A stretch of 64,000 nucleotides of DNA from Octopus vulgaris (GCA_951406725.2 OX597819.1:1426001-1490000); one strand, 5' to 3'. Shown: positions 25,728 to 40,953, counted from the stretch's first letter. Translations and numbers: made by a program. The notes: generated from the sequence alone by a model not told the origin.

Positions 25728-26850
25728 ATATATATGTATATATGTACGTACGTATGTATGTATGTACGTATGTATGTATGTATGTATGTATGTATGTATG
25801 TATGTATGTATGTATGTATTTATGTATGTATGTATGTACGTACGTATGTATGTATGTACGTACGTATGTATGTATGTACGTATGTATGTATGTATGTATG
25901 TATGTATGTATGCATGTATGTATATACATGTGTGTGTGTGTCCGCGCGCGTTTGTATGTAAATTTATATGATTACATATATTTATACACACGCGGACAGT
26001 TATATTGAAAATACTTGTTATATTGTTTCATGTAAGGTATTATTTGTTGTACTTAAAATCCAAATCTGAGGAAGATGACATCTTCAGTGTAAATAGACGC
26101 TGCTTTTCTTTCCGCTTCTGTTTCTACAGGGAACTGTAGATGAATTCCAACACCTTGTTTACTTTGATGATGATTGTTACCAGTCAGTTGCATCCTAATT
26201 TGAAAATAATTACTTAGGACTACATGGATAAGGGGTCACTAGATGTGGCACAAATAACCTCCCATTCCATTTACTATTTGCTTCTTTCAGACGACCTCAA
26301 AGGACTCTTCATACTATCAATTATATAGGAGACAATGTATTTCCTTATGTACAGAATCGTTTTAGGTATTCTCACCCAAATATTTGGAACCTTATTTGTA
26401 TAATGATATGAGAAGAAAACTTGCAATTCGCAAATTTCAAAAAACTATCCAGAGTAATGGAAGCAACCAAACTCCGAAATACTCCTTAGAAATGTGACAG
26501 TAAATTAGGATTTTGATCAAAAATTTAATTCTTTGAAAGCTAATAAAATCGTTTACATGTTTTATGTGTTTCCTATTTTGAAACAAATAAAATATTTCGA
26601 ATAAAAAGATAAATTATAGTTTTTGATATTTTGCTTTACATATTAACATGAAATCGCTATTTATACCACAAATGAATATTCTATACATATATTTGTATTA
26701 ATGAAGAAAATACTAATTGAAACCAAAATAATAATGAAATAATATGGACATATTCTAACTTGGATGCTGGCAACGAATTGACCTGCCGACGATTTCGCAT
26801 GGCGGCGAATTTACCCAGTGACGCACTGACAGGTTTATCCATGCATGTAT

Positions 26851-26906
<56 letters not shown>

Positions 26907-27293
26907 ACACATACATACACACACACACATCTATATATGCGTATATATGTGTGTGCATATAAATATATACATATACAAACATATTCATACACATGTGTGT
27001 TTATATATGTATCTGTGTGTATACGCACACACGCACAAACACACATATACATACATATGATATTTGTGTGTATGTACGTAAGTACGTATGTATGTGTATT
27101 TCTCACCCCATCTCGGCATCGAGGCTAAGTTGGTATCATGTATCTTGCATTTTCAATTTTTTTTGGTGGTGGTGGTGGTGGGGGGGCATATAATCGTGAT
27201 AGACATGGACGCCCATCTTCCTCTATCGCTGTCATTATCTATTGTCAATCAGTCAATGAATGAATGACTTAATCAATTAAATCTACCCATCTA

Positions 27294-27361
<68 letters not shown>

Positions 27362-27399
27362 TTATATATGTGTGTGTTGTGCGTGCGTGTGTGTAAATG

Positions 27400-27570
27400 G
27401 ATCTCGGTAAGAATTCTCGACCCTGAGTGCTAAATTGTTCGCTCAATCCATTGAATTAAAATGAAAGTGACTGAGTCGCGCACAGACATGTCTAAACTTA
27501 ATGTAATTGCCAGGCAGAATCAGTGGACACGGTATGAGAAGGTTGGTCTTTTAAATTACAGGTACACTGC
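27400..27570 (-). mobile_element. Diverged SINE type C tail
   Basis: Reverse complement resembles TGTACCTGTATTTCAAAG...GTGTCTGTGGAGTGCTCAGCCACTT of 12695-12860. Confidence 0.5.
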
Positions 27571-27850
27571 ATCTGGCGGGCTTCCAGACAATTGCCAGCA
27601 TCCTGTGTCACTGAGAATGAATGGTTCGATCTGAGTTTTGAGAAGATGTGGGTCGCTCTGATAACTCAAACAGACATTTACCTGTTTGTTTTTTAAAGCA
27701 CATCCACACCTACACCTCGTATATTCTTGAAGTTTTTAAGCAAGGCATAAAAAATTAGTTACAACATTGGGTCCTTACACTCGATGGGGAGGATATCATC
27801 TCTGATATTCTGCATTGGCGTCAAATTCTTGGGCACTAGATCTCAGACTC

Positions 27851-28320
27851 TACCTACCTACCTACCTCCTACCTACCTACCTACCTACCTACCTACCTAC
27901 CTACCTACCTACCTACCTACCTACCTACCTACCTACCTACCTACCTATCTACCTGCCTACCTACCTACCTACCTACCTTCCTACCTACCTACCTACCTAT
28001 CTACCTGCCTACCTACCTACCTATCTACCTACCTACCTACCTACCTACCTACCTACCTACCTACCTACCTACCTACCTACCTACCTACCTACCTACCTAC
28101 CTACCTACCTACCTACCTACCTACCTACCTACCTACCTATCTTCCTACCTACCTACCTACCTATCTACCCACCTACACACCTACCTATCTACCCACCTAC
28201 ATACCTACATACATACCTACCTACCTACCTACCTACCTACCTACCTACCTACCTACCTATCTTCCTACCTACCTACCTACCTACCTACCTACCTACCTAC
28301 CTACCTACCTTTCTATCTAC
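27851..28320. repeat. (CCTA)n tetranucleotide tract, about 470 bp
   Basis: Directly visible; source of the LPTY ORFs. Confidence 0.97.
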
Positions 28321-28461
28321 ACGTACGTACACACACATATGTGCATGGATATATACGCTTATATGTATTTATGTATGTATATAAGCATGTGTATATATGT
28401 GTATATATACACACATATATCTATATATCTATATACATACATACATACATACATACATACA

Positions 28462-28493
<32 letters not shown>

Positions 28494-28629
28494 AATATCT
28501 ATCATTGCATATATTTCGTGTTTTCATTCTGGAGTGTAGAGCCTCATTTCTTGAAGCATCTTTTAATAGCTCATCTGTTGTATTGCTTCGAGCTCTGATG
28601 TTTGTCTCCATGTGGTGATAGCCTAGACA

Positions 28630-28790
28630 TGTTTACATTCTTCATGTTCCGAAATATCTAAGAATCCAACCAGCCATTCGCATGCACGATTTTACCATTT
28701 TAGTGATAAGCACACAAAATGATGTATCATTACTTATGTGGATTCCAAGATGAAGCACCGATTGAGACTCTGGTAATCTCTGCGGTAAAT
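28630..28790 (-). mobile_element. CR1-group LINE internal fragment
   Basis: HLGIHISNDTSFCVLITKMVKSCMRMAGWILRYFGT resembles DLGIxMSxDxSFxxHI...GWILRTF and overlaps in protein terms the start of the 62582-63235 fragment (WILRTLRTR). Confidence 0.7.
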
Positions 28791-28939
28791 CCCTGTGTGC
28801 GGGCGTGTGTGTGTGCGCGCGTGCGTTCGTGCATGTGTGTGTATGTGTGTGTACGTATGTGTTTGAGTGCGTGCACTTGTGTATATGTAAGTGTATGTGT
28901 CTGTGTGTAAGTATGTGTGTGTATGTGTACATGTATGTG

Positions 28940-30580
<1,641 letters not shown>

Positions 30581-30621
30581 GACGAATATACGTGTTTACA
30601 CGTTTATTATTATACTCGTTG

Positions 30622-30830
30622 CACAGGCGTTGAACTGGTAGAATTGCTGGTAGAATTTTCTGTTGGGGGTGCTTTACGTCCTAAGTTCAAATTATGCTAG
30701 GGTCGATTTTCCCTTTCATGCTTTTGGGATCGAAAAAATAAGTACCAATTGATTACACTGAGGCCGATGTAATCGACTAGCTCTCTCTCCCAAAATTTCA
30801 GGCTTCGTAACCTTAGTGAAAAAAAAAAAA
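30622..30830 (+). mobile_element. SINE type A (tail variant 2), diverged
   Basis: AGGCGTTGAACTGGTAGAAT...AAGTTCAAATT...CCCTTTCATGCTTTTGGGATCGAAAAAATAAGTACCA...GATGTAATCGACT. Confidence 0.75.
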
Positions 30831-30950
30831 AAATTACACAGTGTGTAACCACTAGCGAGCGGGCAAGCTAATATATGTAGTTGACGTTTTCTAAGTAATA
30901 ACACCGATACTAAAAGCTATGTCTAAAAGTTTTGTGTCTTTTTGCTTCTC

Positions 30951-31077
<127 letters not shown>

Positions 31078-31084
31078 ATATATA

Positions 31085-31270
31085 TACCGAAAATCCCGAC
31101 ACATCCTTTTCTCTCCTTTTTTCTTCTCTATTTTTCCCCCTAAAATCCCTTTCTATCGAAGAGCGTAGGCTCGAAACGTCAATGACTTTTCCATTCTTCA
31201 CGACCGTCAAACTAGCATACCTGTTTGTTGCTCACTCACCTGTCTCTGTCTTATGTTCTCAGTACATTTG
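31085..31270 (+). mobile_element. Penelope-like terminal repeat with hammerhead-like motif (family H1)
   Basis: CCTTT-CTATCGA-A-GAGC-GTAG-GCTC-GAAACGTC at about 31148-31180; flanks similar to 5390-5550. Confidence 0.6.
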
Positions 31271-31334
31271 AGTCACACAGACACACAGACACAAATATAT
31301 ATATACTTATATGTATATACATATATATATGTAC

Positions 31335-31414
<80 letters not shown>

Positions 31415-31798
31415 ACATATACATCCATGCATATGCATTTATATGTATGCATCTGTGTGTGAGCGTATGTGTTCTGTATGTACAAATACATATATATTCA
31501 TGTATATAAATATATGTATATGCATTATATATATATACATATTGAGTTAGTTGTTTGAATGCGTTAGGGCAGTCAAATTCTTCGAGAGTGTAAAATCTTC
31601 TCGTGCTGTGGGAAAAGCACGCCACGCGGTTCGTCGCGGAAAAATATGGAGTCGCCTTAAAAGCAATAACGCTTCATCTTGTAAACCATATATCTAACCC
31701 ATCCATGAGCGGTTAAGCTGGAAACTACTTTTAACACACAGGCATAGACATATATGTATGCTTGAATATGTATGTATGTATGTATGTGTGTATATATG

Positions 31799-31830
<32 letters not shown>

Positions 31831-31903
31831 TGTATGTATGTATGTATGTATGTATGTATGTATGTATGTATGTATGTATGTATATGTATGTATATGTATT
31901 TGT

Positions 31904-31934
<31 letters not shown>

Positions 31935-31935
<1 letters not shown>

Positions 31936-33072
31936 GAGGGGCGTTCAATAAGTAATGTCCCTGACCCACTTCCCATAGCAGTAGAGCAACGAAACTTGGC
32001 ACAGTTATTAGTCTTTTTCTACATAGAAACCATCCAGAGTTACGCATTTCTCCCATTGTTTGATGCAGCTCTGGGACCGTTTTTGTAGAAGACCCCAGCT
32101 TGGTCATCCAACCACGACGTGACTTCAGAAATCAAGGCTGCATCATCTGGGAAACGCTTTCCTTTCAAAAACAACTTCATGGCTGGGAAGAGGTGAAATT
32201 CAGAGGGTGCAAGGTCAGGATAGTAGGAGGATGGGGGAGGAGTTCATAGCCGCACGCCTGTGCTTCTGATCTGGCTGTCATCACTATTCCGTTCTGGTCC
32301 CAGAAGACTGTGAGCATGACCTTGCCAGCGGAGGGCTGCACCCTTGCCTTCTTTGGAAGAGGTGAGTCACGGTGCTTCCACTGCATTGACTGGGCTTTGG
32401 TCTCTGGATCATAGTGATGGACCCAGGCTTCATCCTGTGTAATCAGTCTTTTGAAAAATTTTGACTCATCTTCTTGGCACATCTCCAAATTCATCCTCGA
32501 GCACTCGACTCGTTCTTGCTTCTGGAAAGGTGTGAGCAACCTGGGAATCCATCTGGCAGACACCTTTTGCATATGCAAATGGTCATGAATGATAGTTTCC
32601 ACAGACCCGGTATTAATCTTGACCTCATGGGCTATTTGGCAAATAGTTATGCGTTGATCTTCTAAAATGGCAGCCTCAACTTGACGGACAGATGCCTCAT
32701 CAATGGCAGAAGGGAGGCGACCAGATCTGGGAGCTGTTTCCACAGAGTTCCGACCATGTTTGAATTCATGATGCGAGCGTTTTACAAGGTCATATGATGG
32801 GGCATCATCACCATAAGTTACTTTCATTTCATCAAAAGTCTCCCGTGGTGTGCATCCTTTCAAATACAAAAACCGGATCACTGCTCGACACTCAACAGGA
32901 TCCATTTCACACTTGACTCAGTTCAAACACCTGTAAATCAGAAACCACAATTAGTTCAGAGCTGTAATTTGCCACTTCATCTATAGACATATAAATAATT
33001 GCACATGGAAAATTTCAGCTAGATCAAACAATTGCAAGTGGGTCAGAGGCATTACTTATTGAACGTCCCTCG
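31935..33072 (-). mobile_element. mariner transposon with both TIRs, internally deleted (irritans/Hsmar2-like)
   Basis: TIRs CGAGGGGCGTTCAATAAGTAATGTCCCTGACCCACTT and AAGTGGGTCAGAGGCATTACTTATTGAACGTCCCTCG, TA on both sides; 1138 bp. Confidence 0.95.
32008..32905 (-). pseudogene. mariner transposase pseudogene
   Basis: ORF 32905-32177 has the HTH region, WIPRLL and ITQDEAW (first catalytic D); the HDN (second D) segment is deleted after GIVMT; frameshifted PDLAPSEFHLF and WEKCVTLDGFYVEKD* follow. Confidence 0.92.
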
Positions 33073-33225
33073 TATATATATGTATATTTATAGGGTAACA
33101 ATTTCCCATACATATATCTATTAATCTTTTACAAACATAAAGACACACGCACGTATGTATGTATATCTGTGAATATCTATGTATATCTATGTATATATAT
33201 ATGTGTGTGTGTGTATGCGTGTGTT

Positions 33226-33267
<42 letters not shown>

Positions 33268-34057
33268 AGAGAGGGATAAACAAAACCTTTAAAAAGTTCA
33301 TAAAATAAGACACAAACTGTATTACATCTAAACACATTCTCATAGAATATATTACATTAATACTAGAATGAAGACACTGGCTGTTAACATGAAACCATAG
33401 ACAGTTCTAATGTATTATAGAAAATTCAGTGTAAACATTAAGCTTATAAACTTCCTTGCTCATTCTATCACATCGACGCATAAGTACGATACTTCCTCGT
33501 TGAATAACCATGCAACTCATTGTAATGCAATTCACAAAATAAACTTGAATAGAAACCACTAGTTGTCAACATTACAGTTTTATATAGAATTCCTTAAAAA
33601 AGTGAGGAATAACCGTAGAATATATATTAATAGCGAAATAGAAACCTAAATTATACTCACAGATATATCACACATAAAAATATGTCAGGATCCCATAAAA
33701 TCTACCAGGATTTACCGGTATCTCATTTGGAATTCTGTTCCGAACATTTTATCAGCTATAAATTTGTTCCCAAGACCATTTACGACTTACTGGAGGAGGC
33801 GTGGACAACATGCTGTTACGGAAGTTTAATTTAAATATGAGATTATAAAGGTTTCAAAACGTTTGTTTAATGGATTCGGAAACATTATTGCTCCTAATAT
33901 AAACGACATAAGAAAATACAGAAAAAAAATTTCATAATAAAAATATTACATTTGAGGATAACCTCTTTTTAAATATATTATGAAAAGAAAAGCTGCTACC
34001 TATCTACACATACGCATACACACACAGTATATATATACACACACGGTATATATATAT

Positions 34058-34140
34058 ACCGGAGTAAACACATAAATGAACGGCAACGGGAAACTCAGAG
34101 TAACAGATTTTGTTGAATGTTCTGCTGCTTTAAATAAAGT
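34058..34140 (+). mobile_element. Short dispersed repeat with a hammerhead 3' half (family H3)
   Basis: ACCGGAGTAAACACATAAATG also occurs inverted at 52856-52876; it is followed here by ATGA-ACG-GCAA-CGG-GAAACTC-A-GAGTA. Confidence 0.45.
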
Positions 34141-34146
34141 ATATAT

Positions 34147-34247
<101 letters not shown>

Positions 34248-34369
34248 CAATATATTGTGTGACAAATGAGCGACAGCAATTACTACGCGAAGTAGCCGCT
34301 ATAATGGTGCCATATTACATATAATTTTTCATGACAAATATGGTTACCTGATGATAGTAGGCTGTAATA

Positions 34370-35260
34370 TTTCTACGGGCAATAGGGGTTATAAAATTTG
34401 CGATTGAACGTGTGCAACTAGGCCTGAGTTCTTAGTTATCATCTACTAATGACTTGAAGTTCATTAACTGTGCATCTCTGTTGACAGCAATAGGACAGAA
34501 AATGTTATGTTATTTTTCACGTGGGTAGAATTATCATTTACGGAATCAGATGAGTAAGAAGGAGTTCCTTTCAAGGATCTCCATGAGATCATATGGAAGT
34601 AGTTTCCATGGTTTCGGAGCCTGTGGGACAAGGAAAATGATGTTTACCTTCTCACTACAACTGAAGAATTTAACGTGTTACCTTAATCTTCCCTTACAAT
34701 ATTTGCAGTCATGCCTGTGCAATGGCTTAAGATGCTTATCGGATTGCTTGAGGGTGGCTCTATAGACAACAACCTCTCAGAGACAGGAAACTCCCAGTAA
34801 GCAAGTTTGCAGGATTTAGTCAGTGACCGGTTACCATGTCTGGTAAATACTCTTTGATTGCTAGTTTATTTCAGTTGTGTACAATGTCAAAAGGAATATT
34901 ATCTAAACATGAGTAGATGACCTTGGTGTTAAAGAGTTTATGATGTTTATGTGTTCTTTGATAATTCTCTCTAATAAGAGTCAGGATGCTTCTAGCTATT
35001 TGCAGAAACATCTAGATTGCATAGGAGATTAAACCAGATTAGCCTTCGCTTTCTGACGCTCTTAACTTATCGGTAAAGCCACTCCTCGCTAGTGCGCCGT
35101 TGTAGTGGGGTACGACTCTTTTGAAGACCTCTCTGTCTGGTGATTCTTCTGCTGATACCTGTAACCAGGTTTCTAATTACAATGAATGGACGTTTCGGTT
35201 GTCTATCAATACAAATGTCTGTATGACTATTTAGTAGAGAAATCTCTTATAAGAAGCTGA
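34370..35260 (-). mobile_element. Decayed Penelope-like element (linker plus GIY-YIG region)
   Basis: Minus strand EVFKRVVPHYNGALARSGFTDKL, RRLIWFN, HKHHKLFNTKVIYSCLDN, VVYRATL and ISWRSLK match PLE motifs YNxALxxSGF, IIWFNPP, HKIFNxxTVKxSYSC and VVYxAT. Confidence 0.75.
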
Positions 35261-35649
35261 TTTATTTTCTTTTTGAAAATAATTGAAACGAATCATCTGA
35301 AAGCTTCTTCTATTAAATATTTTCCCCACCAACACTCTGTGCACAGTTTTAGATTGTAATTCAATATTTGTTGTTAAAAGGCATCCATTTGCGTGTGTGT
35401 GTATATATATGCACGCGCATGCGTATATATATATATATTATATATATATCCTTATAGGTATGCATTCACACACACACACACACAATTTTGCTTTGATTTG
35501 GTCATTGGCTTTTAACATTTTAACAGGTGATAATTATCCAATATTTACGTAAATCATATGACTTTACCGTAGCGTTTTTCTCTTGCGTGGCTTCAACTCG
35601 GGTATATACTTAATCCTATCCTTCAACCTACTCGCAACTAGAACATCAT

Positions 35650-36030
35650 TCTAGTACGGGATTGTATTGTTGAAAGTCTCCTTATTCGAAGACAATATAT
35701 GGATTCTTTGGCAAGCTCCTTGACCGGGTTACTGAAAACTGTGGTTGGTTGACAGAAACCTGTATATGTCAGCCTCTCATTTGGTTACTGAAAGAGTTTA
35801 TAGAACCCTAATCCCAGTAAGAGAAAGCGCCACTTTAAAGTTTATACTCCCATTTTTCCTGAAATTAAAAACTTGTGTAGGTAGGATCTTCAGTTTGGTC
35901 GATAAACATTTTCCCCAAAACATTTAGGTACAGGAAAATATTTATAAACATACTTTGTGGGTCGTTTTTTACTGTGCTCTAAGCATAAAGAAAATATCGA
36001 GTTGGCCAAAACCGGAAACAAAGTTTTTCT
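35650..36030 (+). mobile_element. Decayed Penelope-like fragment
   Basis: FILPFFLKLKTCVGRIFSLVDKHFPQN resembles WFNPPFSxxVKTNVGKxFLxLVDKHFP. Confidence 0.6.
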
Positions 36031-36253
36031 CTCTGGGCGAATTTTTGTCCGGGGTGACTTTGTTGTGGTTATTTTACAATGTCTGTAAGATTCGCAGCCC
36101 AGATGTGAAACTTTCACACTCCCAGTAGTATAGAACCCATGGCATACTCTTTCGTACTGTAGTTGATAGGAAAATATAGTGTTGCATTAATAATTAAATG
36201 AGTACTTTATTTTCTGGCTCATGGAATTTTTTGTGTAACTATGTACAGACACG

Positions 36254-36310
<57 letters not shown>

Positions 36311-36520
36311 AGGTTGTGCTTTGGGGAGGGTTATGTAAGGAAAGGCTAGATTGTAATGGTGAGGAGTGATACGATATGTAATAAAGATAAAACCAGATGT
36401 TGTTATTTTGAATGTATTTTATACATGTGTTTAGAGTTATTATGTAAGCAAAATTTCTTAATACGTTTTTTTTGTCAAAACGTTCCTTGGTATAAATGCA
36501 GAGTTTAAGTATGTCACAGA

Positions 36521-36863
36521 GTACATGAAAAAATAAAACAAAACACGAGAGATTATCATCTTAGATATTTAGTTGCACACTCTTACGTATATTTCATCGA
36601 CACAAAATGATTATTAGTTACATAATGTAAAAAGTATTGTCAAATCTTCACGATGGTTCCCCCTGTTAAGAGTTCAACAATTCAGAAATGTTACTTATAA
36701 AGGTTACACGTCTCTGAAGATTTGACAAGATATTTCATATATGTGATGTACATTATGTAACTAATAATAATTATGTTTATAAATGAAAAGCACGTAAGAT
36801 GATGTAATAAAGTATCTTAGGAAAAATCTCTAACGTTTTGTTTTATTTTCTATATATATGTAC
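36521..36863. repeat. Long imperfect palindrome (fold-back or MITE-like)
   Basis: Arms 36521-36650 and 36715-36863 are reverse complements (e.g. ATTATTAGTTACATAATGTA / TACATTATGTAACTAATAAT and TTGTCAAATCTTCA / TGAAGATTTGACAA) around a 64-nt spacer. Confidence 0.8.
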
Positions 36864-37604
36864 GTGTCTGTCTGACTGGTTATCTATCTGTCTGTCTGTC
36901 TGTCTGTATGTATGTGTATGTGGATGTGTTTACGTTTAAGGAGTTTAGAAACAGTGAAACTCATCATAAATAAAGCGATAAATAACATCATGTAGAATAA
37001 TGATTTAACAACACCCTTGCATGAATAAAAAGGAAAGACAGCCTTCAACCTTTTCCCATCTATCGGTTTTTAAAACCCAATATTCTACTATTTATACACT
37101 TATAAATACATCGAGTTTCGCCGCTAAAAATTATTTACGTCACATCTCTCAAAGTTTCTGAGCTTCCAATTCTCACTGGTAAGAACAAAACTTTTAAAAT
37201 GGATGAAGAAAATTGGTGTAACGGTTAGAACATCTGTTATGATTAAACATGTTGGTTCGTATCACACGGTTGCTTTCGATTATTTTTCCATAGAAGGTTT
37301 TTTTTTAAAACTTAGTATTGTACTTACTGTTGATTGTAGCTTTATCTTCTTATTTAAAAATAATTTACTTCATACAAAACTTTTTATGCCGGCATTCACA
37401 AAAAAGAACAATGCAGATAAAAAATAATACTGGACACATTTAAAAAAAAAAAACAATAATTCGAAAACACCAATTTTCTAGTCAAGATAGAGATGATATC
37501 TGACAATATTTTCAAACATGGAAAATCGTTTGGAGGAACTGAAACAATTGAAAAGAATACAACAGACTGATGGAGATTTCCAAATATTTAATTAGTCAAT
37601 AATA

Positions 37605-37933
37605 AAAAGGAGCACTCCGTCGGTTACGACGATGAGGTTCCCAGCTGATACGATCAACGGATCAGCTTGCTCGTGAAATTAATGTGCAAGTGGCTGAGCC
37701 CTCCATTGACACGTGTACCCCTAACGTAGTTCTCAGGGAGATTCAGTGTGACAAAGATTGTGACAAGGCCGGCCCTTTGAAATACAGGTACAACTCATTT
37801 TTGCCAGCTGAGTGAACTGGAGCAACGTGAAATAAAGTGTCTTGCTCGAGGACACAACGCGTCGCCGGGAATCGAACTGACGACCTTACAATCGTGAGCC
37901 GAAAGCCCTAACCCTTACGCCACGCGTCTTCAC
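37605..37933 (-). mobile_element. SINE type C2 (type D head, type C tail)
   Basis: Head and CORE-like part as at 3300-3445; tail as at 12695-12878; 12-bp TSD TAGTCAATAATA (37593-37604, 37934-37945). Confidence 0.88.
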
Positions 37934-38114
37934 TAGTCAATAATAGTACTAAAATAAAATACGTGGGCTTATTAGTAGCCTGACGTTCCTAAATTACATT
38001 GTACATATATGAGTGTATGCATGCATGCATGTATGTATGTATAAGTGTGCGTGTGTGTGTGCGCGTGTAGGGTTGGGTGCGCGAGCGTGTATTCTGTGTA
38101 TATATAACTTTATA

Positions 38115-38410
38115 CTGCATCCGGTAATGGGGCTCTGGTATGGAATTTCCAAGGTTTTGAGGAGTGTGGAACTACATCCTAGCCACTATTGTTCTTAGTT
38201 CTATTCTGACTCGGAGTGGTAGCACCTGTCGGGCCTCAGCTATAGGTTAAGTGGCAAATGCGGTGACAATTCGTCTGAACGTAGGGGTCCGGAAATACCC
38301 TTGGCTGGTGTCAAGGTGGGCAGTGAAACTATCGGGAGTGAGGGACCCCTAGCTGTTGTCACAGCATCCTCCTAGAAGGGCGACGCTCTAATGTAAAACC
38401 TGCGATTTCA
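38115..38410 (+). mobile_element. GC-richer repeat-like segment, possibly an RTE 5' UTR or a SINE
   Basis: CCTCCTAGAAGGGCGACGCTCTAATGTAAAACCTG recalls RTE 5' UTR motifs; single copy in the window, recalled similarity only. Confidence 0.3.
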
Positions 38411-39024
38411 TTTGTTTCGCCCCATCACTTAGTACTAAACACAACGACTCAGAGATTCGTACTCACGTTGTACAAGCGTTTATCATTATAATTCACTGAT
38501 GCACAGTTGCCTCTTCGTGGTGACCTTATTCATAATTTCATCTTTTGAAAGTCCTATGGCGATGAAAAAGTGGCGATGTGTGTAGACCTAACCAGTTGGA
38601 AGCGCTAGGTTACAAGTTTCGCCAGTCACTTATGTTTCAAGCCATGCAGATTTGTAGTGATTGAATAGTCATCTTTGAGGTCATGGACAGAAAATCAGAA
38701 ATGCCATTGATCTGAGACTATGCAAATGACATACGCCCAAGATATCATGCAGTCGTAGGATCTTGAGCAAATTTCGAGTGGCGTCGTGTTGACCATTTGG
38801 TTATACTGTAACCCACTTCCAATACAGATGGATATATGTATTTGTGAAAATGTTGATGTATATATGGCTATAAAAAACATGAATATATATATATATATAT
38901 GTATGTGTATGTATGTATAAGAATGCATGTATTTTTATATATGTATTCATATTTGTACACACATACACACACACGTACACACATAGACACACAATGTGTG
39001 TGCATTTATATATGAGAAAACTTT

Positions 39025-39280
39025 ACTGATGATCGTTCCTGGTGGTGACAAGTACTAGACTAGGGTTTAAACAGTCGAAAGGAAAGGTCGAAGAAAAGTA
39101 AAATCGCAGTACCACGACAAGAATGGCGGACAGCGCCTTAAAATGTAGCCACTGCAACCGCGACTCTCACTTATATGTAAAGTGTGTTTAATCAGAGCAG
39201 ACATTACACTGCCAACAAGGCCGAAGCTACACTTTCCAAGCGCAAATCCATGGCCTCACAAGATTAGCGAATGTCTCCTG
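39025..39280 (+). mobile_element. RTE LINE 3' end
   Basis: DDRSWW*Q and LKCSHCNRDSH (C-terminal zinc-finger remnant), then GCGCAAATCCATGGCCTCACAAGATTAGCGAATG resembling an RTE 3' terminus. Confidence 0.6.
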
Positions 39281-39721
39281 AGTAACAAGTATTTGAAAAG
39301 CGAATAATTTTGGAAAGAATGGCTTTTGTAAAATATGAACGGCAGCTACAAAATTGTAAGGGTCACTCGACTTTTTCACCTGGAAGAACATCAGACGGAG
39401 ATTTCAAGGTTAAACAGTAGTTGTGTTACTTTCAGTAAATCACACCGCGTTTCACAAGTCTTACATTCTTTTTACGCGGGACAAATGTTCTTTTATCAAT
39501 TCTAACAGTGACGTTGATCCCCAACGATTTGAATAGCAATTTGAATAAATAAGTTTTGCGCATAGACTGTAACCTATAATGTCATTTTCCGTTCAAATGT
39601 TAGCACTTTCATGCTCGCCATCTCAGCATCCAATAATGTATGAGATTGATAGTTTGGAAAAATGTATTTATTTGCAATGAAAATTTCCATCTGCAACTAT
39701 AAATTCTTTTAGTACGAACAC

Positions 39722-39794
<73 letters not shown>

Positions 39795-39804
39795 TGCACG
39801 CATG

Positions 39805-39881
<77 letters not shown>

Positions 39882-40692
39882 CCACCACCGCCACCACATA
39901 CACTATATATATATATATATATATATGTCAGCCGGTTTTGGAGAGATATTGTCTCTTCAAAACCAAGACACATTCGAGTGGAATGAAGACCAATTAGGAA
40001 AATTAATGAATTTCATGAATTTACTGTTTATCGTTCTGAATGTTTTTATTACTCTTCTGTATACCTGAGTAGCTAATGGCCATGCTCTGCCCGCATTAAT
40101 AATCAACGTAATTTGACTGAATCCGATTTTTATGCTGAGGACGTCAACGGTTTCTAGTAACTAACCGCAAATGAACAATTCAGCATAAATTTTAGATTGT
40201 AAGAAAACATTTGTTATTCAAGAAATTGTATTTCCTAACATAGAAAAGAATCTTTTTCTAATAATTAAATTATGGAGTAAAGTTTTTGCTCTTTTTGACC
40301 TGGGGTAGCTTCAAAATACCTGTATTTTCATTGGGCCGGACAGTATATAATCGGTGGCAACTGTCTTCTCAAAATCTTCATTGTGCTTTTTCTTAGAAGA
40401 AGCAATTATCATATCAAATCCAGCGCGCACACACACGCACACTAGCACTCACACAGTACATCAATGTATATATTTATATATATATATAAATATATATGTT
40501 TGCATGTATGTATGTCTATATATATATATGTACATATATAGGGTATGTGTATGTATGTATGTATGCATACTCTTACACATTTCTGGATGTATGTGTCTGT
40601 ATATGTGTTTACCTGTGGGTATTCTTGTGTGCATATGTGAATATGTACAATATATGACTTTATATACCCACGTATATTTATGTGCATACACA

Positions 40693-40736
<44 letters not shown>

Positions 40737-40737
<1 letters not shown>

Positions 40738-40953
40738 GCGAGCTGGCAGAGACGTTAGCGCGCCGGGTATTAAATGCTTAGCGGTATTTCGTCTGCCGTT
40801 ACGTTCTGAGTTCAAATTCCGCCGAGGTCGACTTTGCCTTTCATCCTTTCGATAAATAAAGTACCAGTTACGCACTGGGGTCGATGTAATCGATTTAATC
40901 CTTTTGTCTGTCTTTGTTTGTTCCCTCTATGTTTAGCTCCTTGTGGGCAATAA

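Noticed and set aside
26130-26198. Strong acceptor (tttctacag) as exon 2
   Set aside because: Phase 1 hits a stop after 4 codons and the other frames also close quickly.
32177-32905. SETMAR gene
   Set aside because: No SET domain; it is a free mariner bounded by TIRs and TA.
34345-34375. CTGATGA as a hammerhead core (also at 25441 and 56369-56420)
   Set aside because: No properly placed stem II, GAAA and stem III.
39934-39965. 13-bp stem hairpin GGTTTTGGAGAGA / TCTCTTCAAAACC
   Set aside because: Too short for a pre-miRNA; no other support.
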